DNA of 64,000 nt from Candidatus Dojkabacteria bacterium (GCA_030950485.1 JAUZRK010000025.1:8236-72235), one strand, 5' to 3'. Numbered from the stretch's first letter, positions 19,812 through 30,788 are shown. The notes: a model not told the origin generated them from the sequence alone. Numbers and translations are program-made.

Positions 19812-21440
19812 ATGTTAACTAAACTGCCCAGATACAGATCTAGTGATCTATATTCAATTATTCAGAGCAACAAATACAAGGTCGTAGGATTAATTTTGAC
19901 TGCATTTCTTGCAGTTTTTTTATTCTCAAATTTAGGTGGTAAAGAAAATAAGAGTAAGCAGGATAGAAAATAATTACTGCTGAAGAAGTATCAAAGTTCG
20001 TAAATTTAGAAGAAGGTAGAATTTCTGATGAAAGAAAATATACTCTAAGTTCTGCTGAACTTGATCAATATATAAGAGGAACTCAGGCAGTTGAATTGAA
20101 GAAATTAAAATATTCTGATAAAGATAAATTTGATAGTGTTGTAAATTACGTATCTGAAGATCAGATATTTGCAAGTAAGTATATTGACAAAAATGGAGGA
20201 ATGCTAAGTACAGATTTTATCAATGTAACATTTGAAGAGGATACAGTAAGCGAGCCTGTAATATTAACTTATCAAGTTATTAATGGAGAACCTAGTTCTT
20301 TAGGTAATAGTTTTGAGTTGACTGCTACAAACTTAGAAGGGGAAGAAGTAAATACGTTCAGCAAAGAAGTAATGATAAATGGAATACTGTGGATTTAAAA
20401 GCTGAAATAAGTGAAGAAGGTATAGTTATTGCTACTAATCACTTTACTGAATTTACTGTAAGTGAGACTTACCCTGTAGATTACCCAGTACCAGGGCCTG
20501 CTCCAACTCCCACTCCACCTGGAGAAGTAACACCTGAAGAAGAGGAATATATTTATAAAGATTGTACAACTTATTTTGTAGACGACTCGTATGCAGTTGA
20601 TGAAGATCCTGATGATGATATAGATAGAACACCATGTGTAATTGAGGGAAGTTCAAGTTTTGGTGGTAGCACAGATACAGTAGGTGCAATAGGAGGTTCA
20701 AGATATTCAATGTGGTTAGAACCTTTAGCTAGTTCTAAATATACTTGGCAACATGATTATAAAAATTTAAGTGGTACTTATAAGATTTTCGCTACAGTAC
20801 CTAATGTAGCTAGAGTCTTAAAATAATGATGAAGAGACAAATGACATTTACTATGTATTAGCAAATGTAACTTACCTTGTAAATTCTGCAGATGGTCTTG
20901 TCGAAGTCCCTATAGACCAAAAAGAGGTAGGTTTAGACAATGCTTTAGCTGAACTAGGCGAATTTAACTTTAGTGGAGAAGAAGGTGAAAATGTTTCTAT
21001 TGTATATTCATTTTTTGATAGTAGAGAGCTAGCTGATGATGAAATTGAAGCTGCAGAAGACAAATCAGTTGAAAATATAGCTGTAGCTTATGCTATATGT
21101 ATTACCTAAGAAGATGATTGTCCCGCTGGTCTAGGAGATGTTATACCTCCTACTATAGAGAATGTAGAAATAGGATTATACGATGGTAAAATGTATGTCA
21201 CCGCAACAATAACAGATAATAATGAGGTATCAACTGCAGTTCTATTTTTAAATGAAAAAATTGTACCTTTTGTAAGAATTGAAGGTGATCTATGGGGAGC
21301 GATTGGTGAATATGAAATAGGTTCTGACTTAGATTATCATATAGAAGCATATGATGCTTCTGGTAACACTGGTAAATGGTATCCAGATCGTGGTTATCCA
21401 ACTAGGGGTACAGAAAATACTTTATCAGGTATACCTGATT
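19812..21440 (+). pseudogene. Fragmented large surface/secreted protein (beta-sandwich domains, Pro-Thr linker)
   Basis: N-terminal TM from ATG 19812, then consecutive fragments 20096-20398, 20389-20826, ~20822-21109 and 21110 onward, separated by frameshifts and a TAA at 21107. Confidence 0.65.
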
Positions 21441-21679
21441 GGTCAGAATTTGTTGATATTGAACATTATGGAATGGTGATGAATGGTGTAGAAGATACGA
21501 CTAGCGACATGGTTAAGAGTTATGCAGGTGCTCATGAAAATTATACGTTTACTAATTTAGGTAATGGAAGTACTAAACTAGATATAAATGTAGATGTTGC
21601 TGAAGATTTTAAGAAAGATATGGAAGATTCTTGGCCAAAGGCTTTAGAGAAGTTAAAAGAAATTGCGGAGAGAGATTAA
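21191..21679 (+). pseudogene. In-frame chimera: Ig-like surface-protein fragment fused to the C-terminal half of an SRPBCC/AHSA1-like protein
   Basis: YHIEAYDASGN (Ig-like strand) followed by IEHYG...GAHENYTF...WPKALEKLKEIAE (SRPBCC C-terminus). Confidence 0.6.
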
Positions 21680-21694
21680 TAATTTATATTTCTT

Positions 21695-22245
21695 ATGAGC
21701 AAAATTAAATTTTCAGCTTTTTCAGTATCTTTAGATGGATTTATGAAAATAAAGAAGGAGAAAAATGAATTGATAACGATTTTGCAATTTAATCCTTCGA
21801 AAATATAGGAGCGTGGATTATGGGAAGAAACATGTTTGGGCCAGTAAGAGGGGATTGGAAAGATGGGTCTTGGAAAGGCTGATGGGGAGAAAATCCACCA
21901 TATCATGCACCTGTTTATGTATTAACTAACTACCATCGTAAACCTTTGGAGTTGAAAGGTGGAACTACATTATATTTTGAAACTGAGGAAATTGAAGTTG
22001 CCCTAGGAAAAGCAAAACAATCAGCAAATGTTAGAGATATAAGAATTGGCCGAGGAGTTAGTACTATTAAACAATTTCTACAAGTGGGACTAATTGATGA
22101 AATGCACTTAGCAGTTTCTTCTGTCTTTCTTGGATCTGGAGAAAATTTGTATGAAGGAATTGATTTACCTAGCTTAGGGTTTCAAATTGAGAATGTTAAA
22201 CATGGCGAAAAAGCCACTCATGTTACTCTGATTAGACCTAATTAA
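21695..22245 (+). pseudogene. Dihydrofolate reductase/RibD-C family protein, frameshifted and internally deleted
   Basis: MSKIKFSAFSVSLDGF at 21695, then in another frame AWIMGRNMFGPVRG..WKG*WGENPPYH..LIDEMHLAV..LGSGE. Confidence 0.8.
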
Positions 22246-22603
22246 TATCTGCAACTACATCATCTATATGCCAGGCTGGCGAGGAAATAGTAACTAGTTT
22301 GTTTTTCTCTGACGCATTTATTATTTGATGTTTCTCGAATGGTTCAAAAGTAATTAAATCTCCATCTTCTAATTTAGTAGAAGTCTTTTCTCCTGTTTTT
22401 ACATTTTCAATAACTAAATCAACCCATCCCTCTAACATCCAATAACACTTTTTAGATTCTTTATGATAATGAGCTTCTGTCGACCTTATATCTTCAGATA
22501 CAACTATGCCGAATGGAAAATCTTTTTGATTTAGGACTTCGATGAGTGATCCGCACATTTCACCTTGGATATTCTTTTGTTGATCTTTTTTTATCAGTTG
22601 CAT
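22238..22603 (-). CDS. Cupin domain protein
   Basis: HYH..Y..LEG and GDLITFEPFEKH cupin motifs. Confidence 0.85.
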   Translation of the reverse strand: MQLIKKDQQKNIQGEMCGSLIEVLNQKDFPFGIVVSEDIRSTEAHYHKESKKCYWMLEGWVDLVIENVKTGEKTSTKLEDGDLITFEPFEKHQIINASEKNKLVTISSPAWHIDDVVADIN

Positions 22604-22903
22604 ATTTGAATGAAAAATAATTCACTATATACTACCATTTTTGATAATATTATTCGACGAAATTTGGAGTGATTTGATAACCATTTTTAAATGAGATAGC
22701 GTCTCAGATGTAATATTGAGCTACTATAATTTTTAAAAACCTAGTAAAACTCACAATTTTGTATATTGGCGAGCAGAATTATTATCAAATTTAATCTGAT
22801 AGTCATATATAAATAAAGTTTAATAAACTATATTTATATATGACACATTTATTTACTCAATTTAAGCTTATATGTTAGTATCCTATCTAAACTAAATATA
22901 CAT

Positions 22904-23293
22904 ATGAGTAAAGATTTTAACCTAATACCTGGTAACGATAATGAATCAGGTAGTGATGAGCTACTAGCTGAAAAACTATCCATCCAATTAGGTGATTCTA
23001 TCAGACGTCAAATTAATTCAGATGAAATAAGCGCTACTAATCCAGACAATAGAGACTTTCTTGAATTACTAGGTCTTACTAATATAGATTATACTCAAAA
23101 ATACGAAGGCCAACTGACAATAGAATTAGATACGCAAAATACTGAGTTTCCAGCTGCACATTTACTAATTGAATATTATCTTAAACGAATTGATATTGAT
23201 GGTAAACCAACGGAAAATTATAGATTAACATTAGGAGCAACTCTATCCTATACTCTACCTGAGGGAGCGGCTAATTTTGTTGTTGGCAGTTAG
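22904..23293 (+). CDS. Hypothetical acidic protein (possibly 5' part of a frameshifted gene continuing to 23736)
   Basis: 129-aa ORF; frame of the next ORF is open back to about 23275. Confidence 0.5.
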   Translation: MSKDFNLIPGNDNESGSDELLAEKLSIQLGDSIRRQINSDEISATNPDNRDFLELLGLTNIDYTQKYEGQLTIELDTQNTEFPAAHLLIEYYLKRIDIDGKPTENYRLTLGATLSYTLPEGAANFVVGS

Positions 23294-23313
23294 ATATAGA
23301 TAAACTTTCACAG

Positions 23314-23736
23314 ATGATTGCTGGTAATAAAGATTTAGATGTAGTACCAGCTATACCTTGGTATACAAATCTTTTCGTATTAGATGATTCTAATGCAGAA
23401 ACTAATTACGTATTGTTAAAAGATCATGATTCAGTATTTCCTCCTGAAGAGGAGGACGAAAAGAGAAGAAGAGCAAATGAAGCTGCTAATCTAGCAAAAA
23501 AAGAGAATGATTTAACTATATTATTTGATGCCCTTAAAATGACAAAAGAACAAATTGATCAGGCTTTTGAGGAGCAATGGCTTGGCTCAGTTCTGATATT
23601 TAACGAGGGTGGTCGAATAGGTGCACTTATATATAATACGGATGAAGCAAGTACAGCCATCCAGCACCCAATAAAAATGAAACTAGGTACAATTTTGCGT
23701 TATCAAAAGAGATTGGTAAGTCAGGAGACTCTGTAA
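23314..23736 (+). CDS. Hypothetical protein (possibly 3' part of the preceding gene)
   Basis: 140-aa ORF, no motif. Confidence 0.5.
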   Translation: MIAGNKDLDVVPAIPWYTNLFVLDDSNAETNYVLLKDHDSVFPPEEEDEKRRRANEAANLAKKENDLTILFDALKMTKEQIDQAFEEQWLGSVLIFNEGGRIGALIYNTDEASTAIQHPIKMKLGTILRYQKRLVSQETL

Positions 23737-23927
23737 TCAATTTACAATTATTTGACTGGCATGAAACGACTTATTCAAAAAGTGATAGTAAAATATCTGA
23801 TCCAAAAGACCTTATACCTTTAGTTGAGTCTATACGATCAGTTGCTTCTGTAGTTAGTTCGCTCAATACTTGGATTAAATATCTAGGTGATCGTTATGAT
23901 TTCTAGAATTACTTTAGATGAAAATTA

Positions 23928-24004
23928 TGGGGTAGCTAGAGGGACTCGAACCCTCGACATCTGGTACCACAAACCAGCGCTCTACCAACTGAGCTATAGC
24001 CACC
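23928..24004 (-). tRNA. tRNA-His(GTG) with encoded G-1 and CCA
   Basis: Cloverleaf; anticodon arm CTGGT-TTGTGGT-ACCAG; GGTTCGAGTCC T-arm. Confidence 0.96.
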
Positions 24005-24233
24005 ATATTAAATTATACCAATTGTTCTAATTTCTAATTATTCTAAGTAATAATTTTAATGCAATCTTTTACTTTAGAGTAATTAAACCAATTAGGTTAA
24101 TTAGAATAATTCAGTTATTAATTTGCCTGTAATTTTATCATTAATAAGGTATTCAATAAAGTATAAAAGACTTTATATTACTACTAAATCCATATATCAT
24201 GTTCTCGTAAACATAAATTATGAAAGATACTAA

Positions 24234-25943
24234 ATGGAAGCATTCGTTGACTTAACAATACTAATCGGACTATCTTCAATTTTGGGAATAATATTAAATA
24301 GACTAAGGCAGCCACTAATACTAGGTTACATAGCATCAGGGATAATAATAAATTCATCAGGTCTTCTAGGATCACACTCTTTAGAGGGATTTGAACTATT
24401 TGCACAGATGGGAATAGTATTTTTACTTTTCCTTCTAGGTTTGGAACTAGATATTAAAGATCTAGGTAAAGTTGGTATATCAGCACTAGCTACTGGAATT
24501 GGACAAATACTATTTACATCTATATTCGGAACACTTATAGCCCTAGCTTTAGGCTATAGCGGCACTGCAGCTATAATTATAGCTATTGCGCTAACTTTTA
24601 GTAGTACTATCGTAATAGTTAAGTTATTGTCCCAAATAGAAGCCCTAGATCTTCTTTACGGTAAGGTTTCAATAAGTTTTCTTTTAGTTCAAGACTTAGC
24701 TGCAATAATAATCTTAATAGGCTTATCTGCATCATTTCAAGCAGACGGCGGTAATACTACATTAGAAGTTCTAAGATTACTGTCTACAATACCTCTTATA
24801 CTATCATTTCTATATCTATTTAATGATTTCATAATAGACTTTTTAATAAAAATAACAGGACACGATAGAGAGGTTTTATTTCTTTTAGTACTATCAATTG
24901 CTCTAACGTTTTCTGCTTTAATGGCAAGTGATTTCTTTGGACTTTCACTAGAGATAGGAGCTATAGCAGCTGGAATTTCATTATCAAATAAGCGAGAAGC
25001 ACTACAAATAGAGAGTTGGACTAAACCACTTAGAGATTTCTTTATAACTATATTTTTTGTAATATTAGGTTTTCAAATAGAAGTAAATTCTATAGGTGAC
25101 GCTATATTCCCAGCACTTATCTTCTCTGGTTTTGTTCTAATAGGAAATCCTCTAATAGTAATGGCTATTATGAGATTTTTAAAATTTGATTCTATTACTT
25201 CATTTAAAGCAGGGCTAACAGTAGCTCAAATTTCTGAGTTCAGTCTATTAGTAGCAGCTCTAAGTTTAGAGGCTGGAAAGATAGAAGACAAAGATATGAC
25301 AGTTCTTACACTTGTAGGAGGAATTACAATGACTATTTCAAGTTATATGATTATATATTCTGATCATTTATATGAAAAACTCAAACCAGTATTAAAGATA
25401 ATGAGGCTATATAAGAAAGAAGAATACGATACTTCGAATTTAAGAAGAAAACAAATTAAAAATAAAATAGTAGTATTTGGATTCAATAGAATGGCTAGGA
25501 GTATTAAAGATCTTATTAAAGAAAAAGAAATCAAATTTATAGTTATAGATAGAAGTCCTGAAAGACTAAAAAAAGCAGAAAGTATAGGAGCTACAGTTGT
25601 ATATGGTGATCTTAAGGATGATGATATTTTAAAGGGATTAAAACTTGAAGAAGCTGAAGTAATAGTATCTACTGTTCCTGATATAGCAGCAAATCTAAAT
25701 TTATTAAATCATTTAGAGGATCTTAATATAGAAGTACCTACTATACTAAATGCTTTTCACGATGAGGATGCTCTTGAATTATATGAGCATGGCGCAGACT
25801 TTGTACTACACCCTTATGTAGAAGTAAGTAGAGTTATTCATAGAATTCTAACAAATAAGGACGTAGCAGGCTCAGTAAAAAGAGCTTCAGTTAGAGATAT
25901 TGAGTATCTAAATTATCATGTAAAGGATGAGGAAGGGTTTTAA
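24234..25943 (+). CDS. CPA2 cation:proton antiporter with TrkA-N domain (KefB/KefC-like)
   Basis: LLFLLGLE, SSTIVIVK, QD, AQISEF motifs; C-terminal YGD RCK domain. Confidence 0.92.
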   Translation: MEAFVDLTILIGLSSILGIILNRLRQPLILGYIASGIIINSSGLLGSHSLEGFELFAQMGIVFLLFLLGLELDIKDLGKVGISALATGIGQILFTSIFGTLIALALGYSGTAAIIIAIALTFSSTIVIVKLLSQIEALDLLYGKVSISFLLVQDLAAIIILIGLSASFQADGGNTTLEVLRLLSTIPLILSFLYLFNDFIIDFLIKITGHDREVLFLLVLSIALTFSALMASDFFGLSLEIGAIAAGISLSNKREALQIESWTKPLRDFFITIFFVILGFQIEVNSIGDAIFPALIFSGFVLIGNPLIVMAIMRFLKFDSITSFKAGLTVAQISEFSLLVAALSLEAGKIEDKDMTVLTLVGGITMTISSYMIIYSDHLYEKLKPVLKIMRLYKKEEYDTSNLRRKQIKNKIVVFGFNRMARSIKDLIKEKEIKFIVIDRSPERLKKAESIGATVVYGDLKDDDILKGLKLEEAEVIVSTVPDIAANLNLLNHLEDLNIEVPTILNAFHDEDALELYEHGADFVLHPYVEVSRVIHRILTNKDVAGSVKRASVRDIEYLNYHVKDEEGF

Positions 25944-26032
25944 ATCCACTTTCTTATTCACTTCATTTTAAGCAATAATTGTGACGCCAAATACTGCAAA
26001 CATGGTATAATATCGTAGTTATATACAATATT

Positions 26033-27151
26033 ATGCCTAATTTAAACGATATCAAAGATATAGAACCTAATATAGTAGATCAGATACTTGATGATTCAAG
26101 AAATGTATCTGATTGTAGAGAAAATGTGGGCTACAAAAATTCATTCTATGCTGCTGGCTCAGATAGTACAGCAATAGTAAAAGCTAGTATTGAAGCAAAG
26201 GTAGCGAGTAATGAAACTGGACTTCCAATTAAAGTAGCAATGGTAGCAAGTTCTGGAGATTCTATATTAGAAGCTATAGCTGAAGGCGTTAGTGAAATAG
26301 ATGCTTTTGATGTTTCGCAGCTAGCATTAGAATATATGAATTTGAAAATAGCTGCAGTAAAGTATCTTGAGTATGAGCAATACGTAGAGATTTTTGATTT
26401 AAGCCAGAAGTTGAAAGCAGATAATAGTATTGAAATACTAAATGATATTGATCTTCAAGTATTACAACCGATTCTTATAAATAATGGTTTATCTGAAACA
26501 TATAGATTATTTAGTACACTTGTAGAAGAAGGTCATCTTATATCCACTAGTAATCAAGAAGTAAAAAATACAATTACAACAGTTAGAACTAAGCATAAGG
26601 AAAGTAGATCAACCAATATACCAACTAGCCCAGATTTTGTAGATAATAGCGAAGACTTCTATAAAGCAAAGTCACAATTAGTAAATAGAAACGTTAAAGT
26701 TAATAGTAGACTAATATCAGTTGATAGTTTTTATGTAAATGAACAAGATCAAGCTGAATATGATTTTATATTTATTAGTAATATTGGAATTAATTCAGCA
26801 GCTACTATAGAAGTTGCACAAAAGATATTACTTTCAGGTATAACTGATTGTGTAATATTCACAACAGGTTTTACTTATTTAGGTAGAGATGAAATTAACC
26901 CGTCAAATACAGTTCTTAGATATTACGGAACAGATATGTATTTTATTGATGATTACTTAATCGAAGAAGGTAGGAGTACTAAAATTAAAGTTTATAGAGG
27001 AGTTTTTGATTCTAAGAATTTTTCGCCCTCTTATCTAGTCATTACTTGTAATGGTTTTGACTCAAGCGTTTTTGGTGGTGAAAATGTATTTACTGCAAGA
27101 CTATTGGGTGAGCCTGAAAGTATAAAACTTAATGAAGGAATACAAAGCTAA
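26033..27151 (+). CDS. DUF3419/BtaA-like SAM-binding protein, paralog 1
   Basis: VASSGD..AIAEG..IDAFDVSQLALEYMNLKIAA; YDFIFISNI. Confidence 0.65.
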   Translation: MPNLNDIKDIEPNIVDQILDDSRNVSDCRENVGYKNSFYAAGSDSTAIVKASIEAKVASNETGLPIKVAMVASSGDSILEAIAEGVSEIDAFDVSQLALEYMNLKIAAVKYLEYEQYVEIFDLSQKLKADNSIEILNDIDLQVLQPILINNGLSETYRLFSTLVEEGHLISTSNQEVKNTITTVRTKHKESRSTNIPTSPDFVDNSEDFYKAKSQLVNRNVKVNSRLISVDSFYVNEQDQAEYDFIFISNIGINSAATIEVAQKILLSGITDCVIFTTGFTYLGRDEINPSNTVLRYYGTDMYFIDDYLIEEGRSTKIKVYRGVFDSKNFSPSYLVITCNGFDSSVFGGENVFTARLLGEPESIKLNEGIQS

Positions 27152-27177
27152 TTTTTTTTGGTGATTATATTAGATAT

Positions 27178-28260
27178 ATGAGTACAGTTGATTTCTATCA
27201 GAATGAAGAGATAGAAGATGTTTATGATTCAATACTAGATAGGGCTAAACAAGCTTTGTCTAATCCAGAAATTGAGGGGACATATTTGAACTCCTTCTAC
27301 CCTACTTCTTCAGATGGTCTTTTAAGAGTTAGGGATGAAATAAGTATAATTGTCCAGGAAGCTGAGGGTTCAGAGGTGAGCTCAGCTATGGTAGCAAGCT
27401 CCGGAGATGCAGTACTTCTTGCAATTTCAGAAGGGGTTAGAAAAATTGATGTTTTTGATGTATCTCAAATTGCTCTAGCATATACTCAGCTAAAATTAGT
27501 AGCAGTGAAGTATCTAGATTATGATGATTACATCTCAATCTTTGATATGAATCATAAATTAAATGAAAACACTGTTCTAACAGAAGGTGATATTGCTAAA
27601 TTGAAAATACCTTTGGAAACAGAAGGTTTAGTAAAGCTACACGATCTAATGGTTAATGTACTAGAAATCGGAGCTCTTAACTTAGACTACAATAAACTAG
27701 TAAGATACCGAGAAGTTAGAACTGAAACAAGTAGCATGGCTACTCCACCAGCATTTTCTGGAGATAGAAAAGCTTTCATGCATGCCAAGGCACAATTAAA
27801 AAATAATAATGTTGAAGCTAGTTTTAAAGAAATTGACGCTGAATATATAGTTACAGAAGAAGATGAAATATATGATTACATATTTTTGAGCAATATAGGA
27901 ATAGAATTCGAATCTACTGTCGGTTATGCAAATTGGCTACTGGCTAACGATATAACAAAAAAAGTTATATTTACAGGTGGATTTTGGTATGAAGATAGTG
28001 GTATTAATCCCACTAGAAATATTATTAAAATAGATGATCAACTGACTTTTCGAGGCAAGCCATTAGAAACTAATGCTGCTATTAAGCGAGTAAAAAGTAA
28101 GTATAATTATCCAATAACGGTTGTATACACAGATGGGAATCATAATATTCATGGTGGTGGTCTAGTTTTTGAGGCTACAAGAGCTGATAATCTGAATAAA
28201 AAGCTGTGGATTGAATCACGACTACAAAGGCTTCAAAGATTCTTAGGTCTTGAACAATAA
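27178..28260 (+). CDS. DUF3419/BtaA-like SAM-binding protein, paralog 2
   Basis: VASSGD..AISEG..IDVFDVSQIALAYTQLKLVA; YDYIFLSNI. Confidence 0.65.
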   Translation: MSTVDFYQNEEIEDVYDSILDRAKQALSNPEIEGTYLNSFYPTSSDGLLRVRDEISIIVQEAEGSEVSSAMVASSGDAVLLAISEGVRKIDVFDVSQIALAYTQLKLVAVKYLDYDDYISIFDMNHKLNENTVLTEGDIAKLKIPLETEGLVKLHDLMVNVLEIGALNLDYNKLVRYREVRTETSSMATPPAFSGDRKAFMHAKAQLKNNNVEASFKEIDAEYIVTEEDEIYDYIFLSNIGIEFESTVGYANWLLANDITKKVIFTGGFWYEDSGINPTRNIIKIDDQLTFRGKPLETNAAIKRVKSKYNYPITVVYTDGNHNIHGGGLVFEATRADNLNKKLWIESRLQRLQRFLGLEQ

Positions 28261-28398
28261 TAGTCAAAAGTTAACCTCTATATAATGATAATTGAGATAA
28301 TCTTTAATTCTTTATACCTTCAAAGTTATTCGGGACAGGCTTCTCGTCTTACTAGGAACGATTATATATTTAGTTCTATGTTACGGGAGTTTATTACT

Positions 28399-28473
28399 TG
28401 GTGAGCTGGGTGGGACTCGAACCCACAACCAATGCCTTAAGAGGGCACTGCTCTACCATTGAGCTACCAACCC
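28399..28473 (-). tRNA. tRNA-Lys(CTT), CCA encoded
   Basis: Cloverleaf; anticodon arm GTGCC-CTCTTAA-GGCAT. Confidence 0.96.
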
Positions 28474-28490
28474 ATGGAGGATTTTAAATA

Positions 28491-28563
28491 TACGCCAGGC
28501 ACGATTCGAACGTGCGACCTACTGCTTAGAAGGCAGTTGCTCTATCCACTGAGCTACTGGCGC
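28491..28563 (-). tRNA. tRNA-Arg(TCT), CCA not encoded
   Basis: Cloverleaf; anticodon arm ACTGC-CTTCTAA-GCAGT. Confidence 0.95.
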
Positions 28564-28682
28564 ATAACTTTATAAGTGTACACTTATTTGTGAGTTTTTA
28601 AAAGAACTGTTAAAAAGTCTGGAAGAATTTTAACACTTTTTAGTGATCTATTAAAGTCTTTAAAACTAAGGTATAATTAATA

Positions 28683-29546
28683 GTGATGAAGATATCCGAT
28701 AAATATAAAAATAAAATAATTGATGGGAAAAAGCTATCTTTAGAAATCAACATAGCTACTAAAGAATTCATTGCTAGATCTACTAATAAGTTTAAATTAG
28801 CAATAATATTAGCTTCTAATGATAAATCAAGTGAGGTATATGTTCGCTTGAAGAAAAAGAAAGCAATTGAGCTTGGTATAGAAATTGAAATCGTATCTTT
28901 CGATAATTCAATAAGTAAGACTGGATTATTAAATAAAATAGAATCATTAAATAGCGATAAGTCTATCAATGGAATTTTACTTCAACTTCCCTTATATGAT
29001 CATTTAGAAGATAATCGATCTGAAATTATAAATTCAATAAAAGCAGAAAAAGATGTAGATGGACTAACTGCAATGCAACTTGGAATGAGTATTCATAGCA
29101 ATCCAAATAGTTTCCGTCCAGCTACAGTAGTAGCAATACTCGAGGCTCTTAAAAGTGTTGTAGAAGACTTTATTAAACTAAAGGGTAAGAATATAGTAAT
29201 TTTAAATAATTCTAATCTAATCGGAAAACCTCTGGCAATGATTTTAAGTAATTATGGAGCTATTGTTACTATTGCAAATGAAAATATTACAGATTTGAAT
29301 GATATTACAAAAAAAGCAGATGTCTTAGTAACAGCTACTGGTAAGACAAATCTTATGGATTATTCAATGGTAAAAAATGGTGCTATTTTAATTGATGTTA
29401 CTAGTGTCTCAACTAAAAATGGCGTACTTGGAGATATTATTCCAACCGAGGAGCTTTTAGAAAAATGTAGTTACTATACACCAGTTCCTGGAGGAATCGG
29501 ACCTATGACTATTGCTTGTTTACTTAGAAATGTTATAAAAACCTAA
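28683..29546 (+). CDS. folD: Methylenetetrahydrofolate dehydrogenase/cyclohydrolase
   Basis: YVRLK, GILLQLPL, KDVDG, PAT, TPVPGGIGPMT. Confidence 0.93.
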   Translation: MMKISDKYKNKIIDGKKLSLEINIATKEFIARSTNKFKLAIILASNDKSSEVYVRLKKKKAIELGIEIEIVSFDNSISKTGLLNKIESLNSDKSINGILLQLPLYDHLEDNRSEIINSIKAEKDVDGLTAMQLGMSIHSNPNSFRPATVVAILEALKSVVEDFIKLKGKNIVILNNSNLIGKPLAMILSNYGAIVTIANENITDLNDITKKADVLVTATGKTNLMDYSMVKNGAILIDVTSVSTKNGVLGDIIPTEELLEKCSYYTPVPGGIGPMTIACLLRNVIKT

Positions 29547-29564
29547 TAAATAATTAGAATAAAA

Positions 29565-30193
29565 ATGGATAAAATAGTTTGGGCAAAAGCAAAGAAAATG
29601 TAAAAGATGGAACTATATTCCAAATCAGAGATGCTGAAGCATTTGTTGATTTAAGAGAACAGCGAGGTAAAGTTATAATAGGCAACTCTTACTTAATTAT
29701 GATTATTGATAAAGAGAGTAAGAAGGAACTTATAGCTACAGAGAAGATCACAAATCATTTATTGGAAACTGTTGAGGAGGATTTGTACAAGAAAAATGAT
29801 AAAGTATCTGGATACATCTACCAGAAAACTCAGTTCGGACTTAAAGTTTGTTTCGATGAAAAATATAGTGGAGTTATATATGCTAACGAGATATTTAAAA
29901 ATTATAGAATCGGAGAGAAAGTTGATTTATACATTAAAGAAGTGCGCCCAGATTTAAAAGTTACTTTATCATTTCAACCTATAGGTTTCATAGCTGCAAT
30001 GGATGCAACGCAAGCTATTGTAATGGAGCGATTAAAGAGCGCGAATGGGTATTTAAGTGTTTCTGATAAGTCTTCACCAGAACTTATTAAAAAAGTTTTA
30101 GGTATTAGTAAGAAGAAATATAAAGACGCAATAGGAGGTCTTTATCGAGATAGAAAAATTCTTATAAAAGTAAACGGTATTGAACTCATATAA
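29565..30193 (+). CDS. CvfB/YitL-like S1 plus winged-helix protein, shortened; probable frameshift after ATG 29565
   Basis: S1 segment YSGVIYANEIF..G..V..YIKEVRPD.K; DKSSPELIK..LGISKKKYKDAIGGLY; adding one T at ~29580 restores MDKIVLGK. Confidence 0.75.
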
Positions 30194-30345
30194 TATTTTT
30201 TGCTTTGATTCAAACTAAAATAGAATTTAATAAAACTTATACGCTATTAATTTGTATTATTTACAATTATTAGCAAATTCGGAATATAATTAAAGTATTA
30301 GATAGTCTAATGATATCTAGTACTTTAATTTTTTAATGAAAAAAT

Positions 30346-30768
30346 ATGTTCGGATTAGGTAAAAAGAAGTCAAATGATCCTCAAGAAGCAGTGAATAATG
30401 CTAGTAAAACTATTAATAGTGGTTTACTTGGCGGACTTACAAAAGCATTCATGGGTAATGATTTTGTAAATAAAGCTAATGCTGGTTTAGGAGTAGCTCA
30501 AAATGCAATTAATGATACTCAGAAAAGAGCAGTTCTTATGGAAACTGGACTTAATGGTAAAGCTGTAGTTCTAAGTATTGAAGATACAGGAGCATTAGTT
30601 AACTTTAATCCTGTAGTTAAACTAAGCCTTAAAGTTACAGCAGATGATTCTAGTGAATTTGAGGCTACTTTAGAAACTATGGTTTCAAAAATAGCTATTC
30701 CTAGAGTTGGAGATGAGGTTAATGTTAAATATGATGCTACTGATAAGACAAATTTGATTATTGTGTAA
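30346..30768 (+). CDS. Conserved hypothetical protein with OB-like C-terminal domain
   Basis: DTGALVNFNPVV...IPRVGDEVNVKYD pattern. Confidence 0.7.
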   Translation: MFGLGKKKSNDPQEAVNNASKTINSGLLGGLTKAFMGNDFVNKANAGLGVAQNAINDTQKRAVLMETGLNGKAVVLSIEDTGALVNFNPVVKLSLKVTADDSSEFEATLETMVSKIAIPRVGDEVNVKYDATDKTNLIIV

Positions 30769-30788
30769 ATAGATTCGATATTTTAAAT

